DNA from: Callorhinchus milii
Taxonomy: Eukaryota
Assembly: GCF_018977255.1 (NCBI RefSeq)
Contig: NW_024704743.1
Location: forward strand, 72,232,001-72,296,000
Direction of reading: 5' to 3'
Length of the DNA stretch: 64,000 nt
Positions within the stretch are counted from its first letter, which is position 1. Each line of letters starts with the position of its first letter. A program made the position numbers and the translations under genes. Shown here piece by piece: positions 25,138 to 40,040 of the stretch. Under the pieces are notes generated by a model. That model made no database searches. It was given only the letters and a program-made list of their open reading frames with translations, and was not told the DNA's origin.

Positions 25138-28100
25138 CTGAAAAATAAAATATTTTTTTTAAAAAACAACATTTCTGTATGATGGAAAATAAATCTTAAA
25201 AAGACCCACCAAACACACTTTGATTTTTCACAACTGAATTAAACTTCAAAACTAAAATGTATGGAATTGGTATTTTAAAGTTAAATGGAAATTAAGAATA
25301 CAGAATCAAATCTTCTGTTTGATAGTCTGAATTTTTGATTTTTAAACACGTGAATTTTAATGGCTAAGGTAATCCTGTTATTTTTATCTGCCCTATCTTC
25401 TCTGAACAGAACCATAGAGATTTACCGCAAGAAAGAAGGCCACTTGGCCCAGTGTTTCTGTGCAGGCTCTGTTAAGAGCAACGGTTTTATTCCCATTTAT
25501 CTACCCTGTCCCCAAACCCCTGTAGTTGACTTTTGTTTTAAAAAAAAGTGTTTAACACGTTCCCTTTTAGAAGCCAATATGGATTCTGTCTTAACCACCA
25601 TTGTCAGGAAGACATTTTACATCCCAACTATGCTGTGTGTGAAAACAATTCTCCTGTATGTTTAAAGCCATAACTCCTTGAACCAGAGAATACCATTCAG
25701 CTCAAGTCCAGCTCAAAAAGAACTTTTTTCTATGGGAAAGTTTTGAAAACTAAAAAAAATCATACATTATAGGTAGAAAATATTTTAACAATTCTTATAA
25801 TCTTATAATTCTATAAATGAACAAGACAAACAAAGGTCTCCAAAATCAGGAATTTATTCAAACTGCGAGTACATTATGCAAAGATATTAAATCCTCATCT
25901 TAAGTTGTGTTTACGCCACTACAAAAGCAAAAACAAACATACCAAACCAAGGTCGGTAAAAACCACTCGATATGAACACACCTGCACAATAGAACCTCCT
26001 TTCCCAGTCATAGTACCTTTTCAAAATCATGATTCGACTACAATCTCTCTACAATAAAACTGCATAAAAAAGTATTTTAGAATAACTCGGGACTCTACAA
26101 CATACAGAATGTTGCTGTAGCTTAAAATGCTGTTATTCCATTGAGACTGTAAGACGCACTTTGATCCAAACTTGGGTTATCAGAACCATTCACATAACCT
26201 TTTGACCATCATCTGTTATTGAACCCAACATCTGTTGTTGAACATAGTTATTTAAAGGAAGAAATTAAGTCAAAGGTAGACACCCTACACGGAGTAAAAC
26301 TCCCTGCCCCATCTAGGGTAATGGGATTTAAAATTTAAAACGATGTCTGTGTTCAGTAAAAGAAAAGGCTTCATGATAGGAGGATGAGGACAGCCGTTGT
26401 AACAGCTGACGGCATCTATTACTGGAAAGGAACTGCAAAAATTCTGTCTCTAACTCCAGCAACACTGTGTCAGCATTTTGTCAACAGTGGTTGAAACATA
26501 GACTTTGCAAGTTTGACAATCAGCTGTTTGTGGCACTTTAGTAACTGTTACAAAGAAGCAATTTATAACAACACTCATTTATATAGTGCCCCTCATTGGA
26601 TGCTATTTGCCCCATGGCAGGAGCAGAAGTTCTGTTGTACCTCAACCATGGATCTCAGCTACTGTAACAATCAAGTAATCAGGACAAGTAACTCTTATCA
26701 CGGTTCACAATTATACACAGAATTTATTTACAAAGAAGGTGATCAATACTTGGAGGAATTAATAGGATTGGCTGTTCAATGCCAACAGTACCGGACTTAT
26801 TTGATGCAGTAGTTGGAAGAGAGTAAAATTCTTTCTTGCAATCTTGTGCAATTTGATTCTTGTTTTTACTGAAACACTTAAGAGTAACTATACCGGGGTC
26901 CTAACTGGCCAGTCACATTACCAAAGCGAGTCATAAGGGCAGTAATCCTGTTTTAACAAGTTACAACTCCGTATTTGAACTTTTGTATTCCAGAAACAAC
27001 GTTTGCTGTTACAGGTCCTTTCCAAAGGCAGAAGGGAAGAGTGAAGCTTTGATGCTGACCTTCTCTGCACATATTTTTAAGGATATCACAAAATTACAAG
27101 AAAGTTTCAGATAAAAAAGGCCTTTTAACTCATTTGATCTCACCCTTCCAGAACACTACCATGCCATCCTCCGATTTCAGCAACATGCCTTTCCTTTATT
27201 GAGTCCTGCATCCTAGCTTCAGTCACGCTTCTTGGTAACCTCTTCCAGTCATTAATTACCCTCTAAATAAAGAAATACATCCTGGTGTCGGCTCTGAAAT
27301 TGCTCTTTGCAAACCTGAACTTGTGTCTTCTTGTTCTGCTGCCTTCAGTGTCTGAAATTATTGCTCTAGGCTTACTTTCTTAATCCTATTTATAATCTTA
27401 TATCCCTCTTAATGTTTCCTCTGAGGCATGCCGTTTCAATGCTGAGGAGCCGTAGCTTGCTTAACTGTTGCTAAATATAGGATTTTGAGGTATATTCTAT
27501 AACATCACATGTGCTCCTGCCATAAATGTAGTTCTGCGTTTCATAGCGCTGCTCATTCATTTAAGAGTTTAATATCTCTAACACATAATACAAGTAGAGA
27601 TTGGATATCAAGTTAATGACGACATTAATAATTATCATACTAAGAAAATTATGAATAAAATATCTGGTTGATAGAAATCTGTATATTTTAATCATCACAC
27701 TTCAGTTACATTCACATTTAGAGTGCTGTGCAGGTTTTACAACAATAATGGGCAATCTATGATAGCTACATAGTTATAATTTTAAGAGCAGTGGAATTTT
27801 ACTCCAGGAGTGGAAGGGAGATGAGTAGTTCCTGTACATTTGTTTTGATAATTTTTATGGTACTGACAGATCGCTGACTGACAGATAATACTGTCAGCAT
27901 TTTTGTAGTAAAGTATCAATGGTCACAAAATAATTGGTTAGTTGTAACTTTCCAGTTATAATACGTAGAATTATATATTACATAGACTATATAGCTCCAA
28001 AACAGACCGTTTGTCCCAACTAGTCCATTAGTGTTTATACTCCACATGAGCTTCCATCCATCCTAATCCCCTCTCCCTATTCCCCATCATACCTCTCTAT

Positions 28101-29849
28101 TCCCTTCTCCCTCGTGTATGCATTGTGATTCCTTTTAATCGCATGATGCTGGCACACAATCCGTTATGTTCTACTAAACTCTCTTTTAGATCTGCTAGAA
28201 GCTATCTTATATTTAAGCCTAATATAATTTGGGGACCAATATTGTTCTAGCGTCTAATGCTAAATGTGTATGTAAGAAACTGCATGAAGAGCACAAATAA
28301 AACTACCACAATAATAATTTAGTAATAATATTTGCATTTGATGTAGCACCACATCACATATGTCAAAACATCTCAAAGCGTTTCACAAGATTTATTGTAA
28401 AGTGAAGTGACTGTGCATTTGTAGGCTTGCAGCTTTACTGGATGAAACTTGCAAATATGTTGACAAACTTGATTTCCTTTATAACTTGAGTATGAAAAAT
28501 GTTAAAAGATTTAAGAACAGGTGCACAGATGTGTTGGAAAGCAACCTAATGTTGTTCCAGTGCGTATTGCTAAATGTCTGTAAGAAACTGCACAAAGAGC
28601 ACAAACAAAACCATCACAATAGTTGTTTTATGACACTAATTAGCTTTGCATTTGATATAGCATCATTCTTTTACTGCTAAAACACTGGCAAGATAGATCA
28701 AATATAGACTGCAAATGTAGCCCCAGGAATGAATTAACATTACTCCAACACTGGAATCATTCCAGTAAGAAGTACAAAGACATCTCCTAACTCATAACGC
28801 CACTCCCCTATCCTTCATTACTCCTGCACTTACCGGCTGCATTGAATCCCAGGAAATGACGTCCTGACCCATTGACGTAGAAGAATTTCATTTCCAGTGA
28901 TTCAATGCGATTCCAATGCTTGATGGTAAGTGTACATGTGACGATGGTTCAAAACGCATTAAATTATGGGAAACATAGTCTTAAGCGTCCAAATGAGCAT
29001 TCACTGCCAAAATGACCACTTACAGACTTCTGATATCAAAGTGGATCACTAGTGTGAGGAGAGTCTAAAATGACAGGGAAAATCTAGGCTCTACATTTCG
29101 GCAGAAGATTCTAGTTGGCATGAGTTTACAAACTAAAATTGCTCTTAATACTGCACAATGGGGCTGCAGTACGGCTGCTGTGGGAAGTGAAAAAAATCTC
29201 GCACAGAGACACGAGTGCTCATCTGAAATTGAGGTTTAGGAGAACAAAAATTATACTGCATTTAAATGTGCTTGTTGTCTTCACACAGTACCTTACTTAT
29301 TGCAATAACAGGATTCATTCTACTTACCTTCACTAATATCCCTCAACTTGAACAAAATGTCCATACAATCGATAAATAAAATAATCCTTGCATTTGATAT
29401 GGCGCCTTATCATATCTTGTCTTTAAGACGTCTCAAAGCGCTTCACAGAATATACTGTAAAATGAATTGACTGTATATTTGGTGGGCAAAATATTTCCAG
29501 CTAAGGAATTCACTATTGAGTTTGATGCTCATTACATTCTTTGAGGAAGAACAACATGCTTTGGACTTAGTACAACAATGTTCTCACTCCATTTTTTTTT
29601 GATCAGCCAGGTACCCGACATACGTGGAAATCCATCACCATTCTTAAGAGTATCCAAACCAGAGAGTTCCAATCGTGCCACCTACACATGGAAATTCCCG
29701 TGTTTGGAAAGGAATGTGCATTCTCTCCCCAGAGAGACATCTCTTGCTTACCTAATTCCCAATGCATTGCATAATTGCATTTTTGTTAGAAAAATGGGAG
29801 AAAATCTATTCAATGACTCATGTTTAGCTGAACTTTGCAATTTATCAAA

Positions 29850-31098
29850 GCCCTGGGCAAAGTGGCAAATGACATTCTGGCCATCTGCGACCAGGGCTTC
29901 CTCTGCTTCCTCGTCCTCTCTACTGCCTTCGACACCATTGACCACTCTATCTTCATCCACTGTGATGCCCTTGAATGGTTCTGATCGTACCTCTCACACC
30001 GCCTCCATTTCATCTCCACAAACGGTTTCTCCTCTAGCTCCCCCCGCACCGTCTTTTGCGGTGTTCCTCAGGGCTCTGTTCGTGGTCCCCTCCTCTTCAC
30101 TATCTATATGCTCCCACTTGATGACATCATCCGCAGACATGGGGTCAACTTCCACATGTATAAGGATGACACTCAACTGTACCTCTCTGTCTCCACCCTT
30201 GACTTCAGGACCACTGCTGTCCTGACAGAATATCTGTCAGACATCAAGTCCTGGATGAGAGCTAACTTTCTTCACTTGAACGTCATCAAGACCGAGGCTC
30301 TCCTAATTGGCTCCCGTCAGCGCCTCCTCACCTCAGGCGCTGACAGCATCACCATCCACGGTTGCACACTCCACCTTACTGAGCCAGTCCGGGATCTTGA
30401 GGTCATGTTTGACCCTCAACTATCCTTTCTACCCCACATTCGCGCCATTACCTGCTCTGCCTTCCCCCACCTCCGCAACATCACCTGGCTCCACTATTGT
30501 CTCAGACCGCAGGACACCGAAACCCTCATACACACATTCATTACATTGAGGCTGGACTATGCAAACTCCTGCTTGTCGGCCCCCCCAACTCTTCCCTCCA
30601 TAGGCTGCAGATCATCCAGAACTCTGCAGCTTGTGTCCTCTCCCGCACCAGGCTCCAGATCCGACTCCACTGGCTTCCCATCACACAGAGGATACAGTTC
30701 AAGATCCTGGTCCTCACCTTCAAAGCCCTCCGTGGCCTTGCTCCCCCCTACCTCTATGACCTCCTAACTCCCTACCATCCTGCCCACTCCCTCCGCTCAG
30801 CGGGCTCCGGCCTGCTTCACGTCCCCCGCATTGCCCACCCCACCATTGGCAGGTAGGCCTTCTGCCACTCTGCCTCCACCCTCAGAAACTCCATCCTGCA
30901 GTCCCTCAGCCTCGCGCCATCCCTTGCCTCCTTCAAGACCTATCTCAAGACCCTCTTCGTCGACTGTGCTTTTGATCACCCCCTTGTTTCCCCCCTGCCT
31001 TCTACCCTCCCCATCCCAACCCCCAGCTCGGGTCCAAAACGCTACTGTCCAGCGCCTTGGGTTGTCCTCTCGACGTGTAAGTATGTTGTTGTTGTTGT
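29850..31098 (+). mobile_element. 5'-truncated, frameshifted L2-clade LINE (RT C-terminus and 3' tail)
   Basis: [28 protein letters not shown] and [13 protein letters not shown] across frames; (TTG)n tail. Confidence 0.88.
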
Positions 31099-32892
31099 GT
31101 CACCATCCATTGGAATTATCTATACTGTACTATTGTTTAAGATAAGTATGTTTAGTTATTGTGAAGCTTGTGTGGCCTTTGTGGTTGGCCAACAAAATAA
31201 TCATAGAAAGAACAAAATAGGATAGATTTATGCTATAATTCAAGAGAATTCAATCAAGTAACATTTATTTTGTTGCCACCACTGACTGAGACTGTTACTG
31301 TTGATGTAAAGAGCTGCTGTTGTTGTATATAACTAGTAAAGTTCACACCTAAGATTAAATGATGGTGATTGATCAAAAGTGGACATAATTTGGGCACAAA
31401 CTTTCAACCCTTAAGTGAATATTACTTAGGCACTGCTTCAAATATAAAAACAGTGCAAACATTTATCAAAGCCAAGGAGAGATAGCCAATGTAAGGCATG
31501 AAATTAGAGATAAACATCTCTTAAAAATGCCAAATTTCATTCAAAAAGCTCACTGAAAGCAGATTTTAATCTATGTCCATTACCTTAGCAGAATGGATAT
31601 TGACTAAAATAGGTTTCTCAGCATGTGTCTGGATTAACATTTCAGAATTGGATTTAGAAGTGGTGGCAGAAAATCCTACTTAGAAAACAATTCGATTTAA
31701 ATTTATAAGCGGTTTAGGTGGAATTATTTGGAGTTCTTTATGGGAAACATAAACATTAGCTTGATTACATTACAAAAACAATTGTCATCTTATTCCAAGA
31801 ATTTCTGCTACAGATTATGCAGCTCAAATATTGTCAGTTGCACAATGTTGGAATGGTCATTTCAATTTTGTGAAAATCCAATATTGATCTTGCTATATTT
31901 GCTGAATTCCATGGAGGTCGCACAGATAGATATTGTAAAATGCCATATTTATACCAATTGGAAATTGATATAATTGGAGTTGGAAAGTGGAGTAAATTTG
32001 ATTAAATGCAGACTGACGAAGAAGAGGCTGACGTGCAATTTAAACATTGGCACGGACTAGATGGGCCAGGTGGGACATTTTTATGTTGTAACTTCTCATA
32101 TAATTCTATATAATTTAAGTGTCAGCCTAGCTCTGTTGACAGCAGTCTTGTTGTGGCAGTCAGAAAACTGTGGGTTCAAGGCCCACATTGGGGACTTTAA
32201 AGTTCATACAACAACAACAACAAAATTACATTTGTATAGCGACTTTCACGTCGGGAGGACATCCCAAGACGCTGGACAGTGAGAATATATCCAGTGAATA
32301 TACTTAACAGAAAAAAAGTAATTGATTAGGGGCTTCTATCACTTAACGTCAATTCACTTTACAGTATATTCTGTGAGGCGCTTTGATACGTCTTGAAGAT
32401 GTGAACTGGCGCTATATTAAATGCCATTATTATTATATCACAAAGAACAAACTTCCTTTTTGCTAAAAATTAGTCTTTCATTTCATATAAAATGGATTTT
32501 GTTCAAAATGAATGCTGTTAGCACTGGATTATTGTAACCAAACATTCAAATTAATTTGAAAGATGTGCACAATTAGACAGTAGAAACCAGACCTTGGTTC
32601 CCCGGCACTTTATTTTGATATCTAACATATTTGAACGAAGAGAAATAACTTGAAGTGTTCCTCCAGGGACAAAATGTTGTCAAAGGATTTGAGAAGTTAT
32701 TGTACCAAACGTCAGTTTTAACAAGAACAGAAAACAAACTGTGCATTATATGTTCTTCAGAAACATTAACAATGGAACATGTGTGGAAGGCAGAATGTCT
32801 AAGAACAAAAATTCAGTAAAGTTGTCTGGGCTTTGTGAAATGTGAAGGGATCAGACAAAAGGCAATACTGCAGTCAACTTTGGTCATCGGTG

Positions 32893-33277
32893 TAGTCCTG
32901 TAGCTCAGTGGTTAGAGCACTCACCTTGCAAGCGAGAGACCTGGATTCTATTCCCAGCAGGGCTAAATGTTGAGCAAGTTTCCTTACTCCACACGCCTCT
33001 GTTTACCTAGCAATAACTAGGAAGCCGGTTGTTAGTCAATTGGCGAATCGCTATTCCGGGGATAATAATCCCTCAAAAAAAACAATAATAATTTGGTCAC
33101 TCAATCCATAACTGTTTGTGGGACACTGCTGTGTGCAATTGGCTGCCGCATTTCACCCACAAATATACAGTCAATTCACTTTACAGTATATTCTGTAACC
33201 CTATATTTTGTGAAGCGCTTTGAGACGTCTAGAAGACGTGAAAAGCGTTATATCAAACGCAAGGTTTATTATTATTA
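32893..33277 (+). mobile_element. Same SINE family, full length
   Basis: tRNA head, body and (ATT)n tail. Confidence 0.87.
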
Positions 33278-33762
33278 TCTTGAACACTAGTTCAGTAGCT
33301 AAAAAGCTTTGTTTTCACACTACTACTTCAGAACAATATTCAAAAAAATGTATACTCTGCTTGGCACGCAACAGTCATTAGGTCAAGTGATTCAGAAACC
33401 TCTTGAACATCGCTAACAATTATCATGCCTGCTGAATTACTCAAGTATGTGACAGTTTGCAACACTCTCAGCCAATGTTTATACTCCAAAATAATGAATG
33501 CTGATATATTCTCTTCAATAGCAATTATGCTGCAGTATCAAATGTGCATGCAATACACTTAGGGTACCATGAACAATCTGGCAACATTGTGCTTAAAATT
33601 TATATCTTGCTTAAAAGGGAAGTATGAATAAAAATGCTGACCTTTTGTAAACAAAAGGAAAATTCTAACCAACAGCAAAATAAGCACATTCCAAATATGT
33701 TAAATCTGCATTTATTAGAGCCCAGTATGGCGTTATTATTGAGTCCCTATGTTCTTGATGTA

Positions 33763-33935
33763 TAATAATAACAATCCTTGCATTTGATATAGTTCCTTAT
33801 CACGTTTTCGAGACGTCTCAAAAGTGATTTACAGAATATACTGTAAAGTGAATTGACTGTATATTTTGTGACCAATGTTTTTTTTTTGAAGGAATTATTA
33901 TCCCCGGAAAAGCGATCCGTCAATGGACCAACAAC
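33763..33935 (-). mobile_element. Same SINE family, internally deleted, reverse orientation
   Basis: Reverse-complement tail and body. Confidence 0.72.
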
Positions 33936-34149
33936 CAGGATGTCAGAGACGAAGTGGGCAGCCTTTGCCACGTACAGTATTCTGGACTATGCAATATTAG
34001 GATTGAAGTCCAGAGGTTTTTTTTGAATTCTAGAGATCAAGCACAACAGGGATTAATATTGATCTGAATTCAATACAATATTTATTGGGAAAATATATTG
34101 CAAATCCCTATGGCCATGAATATGAGCTTAATGTTCATTAATCTTCCAT

Positions 34150-34466
34150 ACGCAGCTCAGTGGTTAGAGCACTCGCCTCACAAGCGAGAGACCTGGGTTT
34201 GATGCCCAGTAGGGTGAAATGTTGGGCAAGTTTCCTTACTCCACACACCTCTGTTTCCCTAGCAGTAGGTGGGAACCCAGTTATTAATTGATTGGCAGAT
34301 CACTTTTTCAGGGTAATAATTCTTTCAAAAATAATCATAATAATTTGGTCACTCAATGCACGACTGTTTGTGGGACACTGCTGTGCGCAATTGGCTGCAG
34401 CATTTCGCCCACAAAATATACAGTTGATTCACTTTACAGTGTATTCTGCGAAACACTTTGAGATGT
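34150..34466 (+). mobile_element. Same SINE family
   Basis: tRNA head and body. Confidence 0.83.
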
Positions 34467-36725
34467 CTAATTACTATTTCTGACACTTTTTTTATTAACT
34501 CAACCCATTCTGCTCAATCTCCCCTCCCCAAACAAATCATACGTGGAGACACATTTGCTTTGTACATTTTACTTGGTCTTAAGAAAACGTGCAAATTAAG
34601 GTGTATTTGCGATTGGCAATTACAAAGGATAGCTAATTAGTTTTGTCTCCTGAACTGCATATCTTAACAGTCTCTTAGCAGTAACAAGAACCAAAGAGAT
34701 AAAGGAAGATCAAACAATTCTTATGTGTGTTCAGTGATACAAAACTCTTGATCATTGAAACTCAGTGAATTTCTCTTAAATGGCTGAGGGCCCTAACCTG
34801 GAGTGTGGGTGGTAGATTAATAAACTAGAAAAAGCATTTAATTCACCTCAAGGCAAACGTCACTTTCTCCTGCAGTTTACTTGCCACTAAGTCAAGATTT
34901 CTTCTCATAGTAGTTTATTTAATTTATAAATATCTTACTGATATGGCTTATTTTAAATTTGTAATATTTTATGGACCACTATAACTGACAAAGCATTTGT
35001 TGAACCTTTTAAAATTTCACACCATGCAATGTTTATCAAATAAACATCACAGCAGGCAGTTTCTCTTATTAAGCAAACTTAGAAAACAAGGATCTTAAGG
35101 TATGATAGAAAGGTTTGGGGAGTAAACACATGCCATTTGGTGAAAGATATTTTGGGAATTTTGCACATGCCGTTGGGTGCTTTGCTTTCATCTTACAATT
35201 TCTCAGAGCTTTTTTTAATCTCAGCTGTTGTGAAACACTGACAGTTTTATTTTAGAATCTGATACACTTGCTTGCATGTGTGTAATTTCAATCAGTGACA
35301 TCAGCTAGCATGCAACCAACAGATTTTTTTAACTCAAACATAAAGCTATTCATATTACAATGATGCTATTACCCAAATAAAGATGATTAAATTCCAGTAA
35401 TTCTGTTGTGATTATTTCACAAAATATCACAAAGGCGAGGTTGAAATTGAAGAAAGCTTTTCAGTAACTGAATCTCTTCTTTACAGAATCCCACCCATAC
35501 TACCCTTCCCATTGCGACATCAAGCAGTTTCTGAAATAAATTGCAAGAATAATAATCCTTGCATTTGATATACCACCTAATTATGTCATTGAGACGAACA
35601 GTGCCATGGGATCTTTACTATCCACCTGAATTTACAGACGTTTACTGTCTCATCTGAAGGATAACATCTCCAACAATACAGTACACTAAACATTGCATTA
35701 GAGGTGGCCAATCACTGGCCATGTGTCACCAGGTAGCACACCATGTTCTTGGTAGTCTCTCGCAACACACCTTAACAATAACTCCATTAACAATTACTAA
35801 ATCCCTCGCTGAGGTGATGGCATTGCCGCATAATCTCACCCCCAAAGCCAACAAGCTCAATGCCAGTCTGTGAGCTGCAGCCTTTGATTCAAGTGTGTTG
35901 AAGTTTAATTGTTGATCTTCTAAGTATTTGATTTTTACCCCTAAACATGTTGCTTAGTCAGCCCAGTAGGTCAAAAAGAAAATATGAAGAAGACATTGCG
36001 TTGAGAGAGTTTAATCCATTTTGGAAAGTAACAGTTCTTGTTTACACAAGAGAGAACTTCAAAACCAGTGTGCTTGGTTTGTGGTGCTACAGTTCCTGTG
36101 CCTTAACAAATTAATTTAGAGCTGTATTTTAGGCAAACACATGCTGAATTCGACACAAAATGTCCTGTTGGGTCGGCTTTGCATGCAGATTTTATTTCCC
36201 AACCCAAAAAAGATAATCCTCTTTTTTTTATTAAAAAGAACTACGAAATTACATCTATGGTCAAGGCATCGTGTGAAATGTCCCTACTGCTAGCTCGGAA
36301 GAAAATAATAATAATAATCTTAATAATAATCCTTGCATTTGATATAGCGCCTTACAGCGGTAAGAGTTAGAAATAATTGTACACATACTTTATAGATGGA
36401 TCATCTCCACAATTCAACAGTAGCTTTTATTCAAAAATATGTTTTATCCTTTCGACTGTTGAAAATAAGTTTTGCACTGAGCTCTAGAATCATCATGAAT
36501 GCATTGCTTCTTGGGGTGTTATACAAAACTCAGTTTTTAAGCATTTTAGAAACATTAAAAGTTCAAGTGTATCCACCTAAAACCCCAATTAACCGAAGAA
36601 TGATTGTTGCCCCATCATTCTGTGGATGAACAATTCAAAGATACCTATCCATACTTATGAGCATTAGTAAGTGTTTTTAATAATTCAGTTTGCTCAAATA
36701 AATCAAATAGTGAAGAAGCTCCCAC

Positions 36726-36971
36726 CTCAATTGTATAGGTCTGATCCTGTTTGATCGTATCTCCACTGCGTAAAGTTCTGGTAATTATGAACTCTGCACC
36801 GTCACTTGATGGTCCTTTCCCTGCACAAGTCTCATCACTTTGCAACTGATCTTTATCTTTGCCACCTTGTACTTGTTCCTCTGCTTTATTGCTTGCCTTC
36901 TTTTTCTTCTTCTTCTGCTTTTTCACTGGAATTTGATCAGTTTGAGCTTTCCTTTGCCGGAATTGGGCAAG
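36726..36971 (-). CDS. AKAP9: AKAP9 exon 2 (LAQFRQRKAQ...KKQKKKKKK...TRTLRSGDTIKQDQTYTIE)
   Basis: ttttgcag acceptor, GAG|GTGGG donor, 246 nt, phase 0/0. LAQFRQRKAQ is characteristic of AKAP9. Confidence 0.93.
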
Positions 36972-39504
36972 CTGCAAAATATAAACGTTTGATATCCTTT
37001 TAATGTAATAACAATGAATTCTAAACCAAATGCTTTCAGTTTACAGAAACTGAAAATAAGTGTTGTATAAAAAAATGGAAATGAACGAAAATGATAGCAC
37101 TATTTGAATGAGCTCCTTATACTTTTGCACCATATTTAAAACAAATTACACAGTTGCTGTACACAGTAATATAATGCTAGAATTTCATGTAGCACCTTAT
37201 TGTGTTGAAATTATCTCAAAGCATTTCACACAATGAGATGTTATTTCAAAGTAGAGAAATGCAACAATTAATGCTACATCAACAACATCCCACAACCAAC
37301 AATTAAGGTAAATTTGGATGAGGCAGGAATATTGTGCAGGTTAGTGACCTGCAATTTGTGAAATACAATTTCTGTAATCTCTTCAAATTACAGCAACATA
37401 AACAACAGTGCTGGATACTTTACAATTTAGAAAATCTTCAACATATGCAAAATAATACAAGAGTTAATGGTGAGCAAACAAAAATGTTGATTTGATTAAT
37501 TGCAATGATCAATAAATTGCCTGAAAACATTAGAAGCAGTTTTCCAATGCTATTGTAACTTCCAAATACAAAACCTATGCACAACTCTATTACTGTTGAT
37601 TCAAGACAGTACGCATCAGAAACTATGGCAACATTTATTTAGCAATAAATGTATTTTCTATTTACTAAATTGTTTCATATTATGAATAATAAATTTGCAT
37701 AATAGTTCTGATAAGACACCGATTGAAATTAAGTGGCTCTGATGAGCTTCACTAACACAGATTAACAGCCCAAGCAGTTTACAAATGTTAGCAGCACCTC
37801 AAGGTTACAGTCTTATTCTCATTGACAGCTGGTGGTGTTATTTGTTAATTGTCTTCTCTTTATTCCTTTACTAAAAGTCCAGACACTTGCTGGGTTCAGC
37901 GCTGCAAAATACCTTCGTCCGAGTGTCCATTCTTCATGCACAAGTCTGTGTGTGTTGGCAAGCAATTCGTATTTGATCATTGCGGGGCGGGGGGAGAAAA
38001 GGAATCACAGCCAAACTCAATCCCGTTCTCACCAGCTGTCTGTGTGTATTTGCCACCAGGGATCATTGGTCAGAATTTAGGAGCAGGAACCCTAACTGAA
38101 TTTTCTCTTTAGTTCAGAACCAAAAAGCAAAATTGTTGCACCGCAACACATATCCTAGCTCCCCCGCTTAAGTTTTTTTATTCAGCAGAATCTGGGAATT
38201 GAACCTAGGACCTGGTCAATACTGTATTGCTTAGTGCTATTCAAGGAACTGTCTTTGCCCTCTATAAACATTGGGGAAGCTTCTTAGTTTGTGTTTCATT
38301 ATGTAATGTCTCATTTTTCTAGTACTATATTATCGTGATTTTCCAGCATACATTCCAAAAGTAAAATATGGTACAATAAACAGTCATAATTACTGAATTT
38401 TTCATCAACAATTTCATTCACCTGTGAATGACAAAGCCGAAGAAATACCCGTTACCTAAAGTCAATTTTTTTTAAGCAAGCAGAGGAGGACGACACGTAT
38501 TGGACAGATGGTTTAATTATTAACATTTAAGCATTTATTATGTTTCTAGTATGTGTACCGTGTGTAAGTATAGTTTCAACAAAAGGACTGAAGTGCAAAA
38601 TAAACATTTTTAAGGTGAAATTTCCAGCTAGTAAAAAATTTATACAGCTTAGAAAAGCGACAACTTGAACAAAATAATTAAACCTTTTCCCCATCCCATC
38701 CCTCCGATTAAATATTCAAGCTCAGATGCTGCTGTACTACAACATATTGTGATGCATCCAGTATACAGATTCATTAACACAATGTGACAGGCATGTTATT
38801 TCATTGCTTAAACCAAATAAAGAGAACATGCCTGATCTTGTTAAACTTGCACACTAGAAATTAAAAAGCTGAATAGAAGAGAACATGTTCTCCTTTGAAA
38901 GGTCATTTAGTTCATCATTTACTGTGAGTGAGGAGAATCAAGCACTATATGATAGACAGAGCAGCAAACTGTTTCAAAGTGTCACATAAGGTTTGGCATA
39001 AATACATAAACATTTGAGACATTGCTGTGTAGAAGCTTGCTGCCACTTTCACCTACAAAATATACGATTACTACACTTCACAGAAAATCGTGCGAAGCAA
39101 TTTTGAGACATCCCAACATGAAAGGCACTACTGTATATTAAATGCAAATGTTAGGTTTTCAATCAAGATAGAAACCTTCTTGATATGAAGATAGATTTAC
39201 TTAATGACAAGAATCTCTATAATCAAGTAGTATTTGATTTTCCAAATGTAGTTAGAAGCTGATGTATTCATTTCCTATTTTTCAAATACTGTGAATTAAT
39301 TGTGTGAAAGCAATGAGCTAAATGAAACACTGTAAATGAAATTAATCTTAGAACATTTGAGGTTTACACATTCAATACCCAATCACTTTTACCCCTTGGA
39401 GGTTTCCCCATCTACCACAATGGATAATAACCTCAAACGTACAAGGAGGGAGAAGAAAATGCTTTGTAGGAAAAACTTTATAAGGGACCAAAATATTCCT
39501 ATAA

Positions 39505-39710
39505 TTAATAATAATCTGTGCATTTGATATAGCACCTTATCACATAGTTGAGATGTCTCAAAGCACTTTATAGAATACTGTAAAGTGAATTAACTGTATA
39601 TTTTGCGGGCAAATCACACCATAGTCATGGATTGATTGACCAAATTATTATAANTTTTTTTGAAGGGATTAACATGGGTCGCCTCACTTGTGAGGCAAGC
39701 GCTCTAATCA
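39505..39710 (-). mobile_element. Same SINE family, deleted copy
   Basis: Reverse-complement tail and part of the head. Confidence 0.65.
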
Positions 39711-39712
39711 GT

Positions 39713-40040
39713 ACAACAACAACCTGCACTTACATAGCATCCTCTATGCGTCTCAGAGCGCTTAGCAGTGGTGGAGCCTGATCTGAGCCAGGGGGAGGGG
39801 GCCGTAAGCACGGTTGAAGAGGAAAGTTTTCAGGCGGGACTTCAAAGAAGGAAGAGAGCGGGCAAGGCGGAGGAATTGAGGGAGTGTTCCAAAGTTTTGG
39901 GGCGCAGTGGCTGAAAGCGCGATCTCCAATAGTGGAGCGTAGGGTGCGAGGGACGAGCAGGAGGCTGGTGCCAGTCGAGCAGAGGCACGGGTTGTGGATT
40001 GGAGAGTGAGGAGGTCCGAGAGGTAGGGAGGTGCCAGCTA
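39713..40040 (-). mobile_element. L2-like 3' fragment
   Basis: LLLVPRTLRSTIGDRAFSHCAPKLWN; (TTG)n tail. Confidence 0.75.

Noticed and set aside
29578..31145. Overlapping ORFs as a host gene or active reverse transcriptase
   Set aside because: A frameshifted, 5'-truncated L2 remnant.
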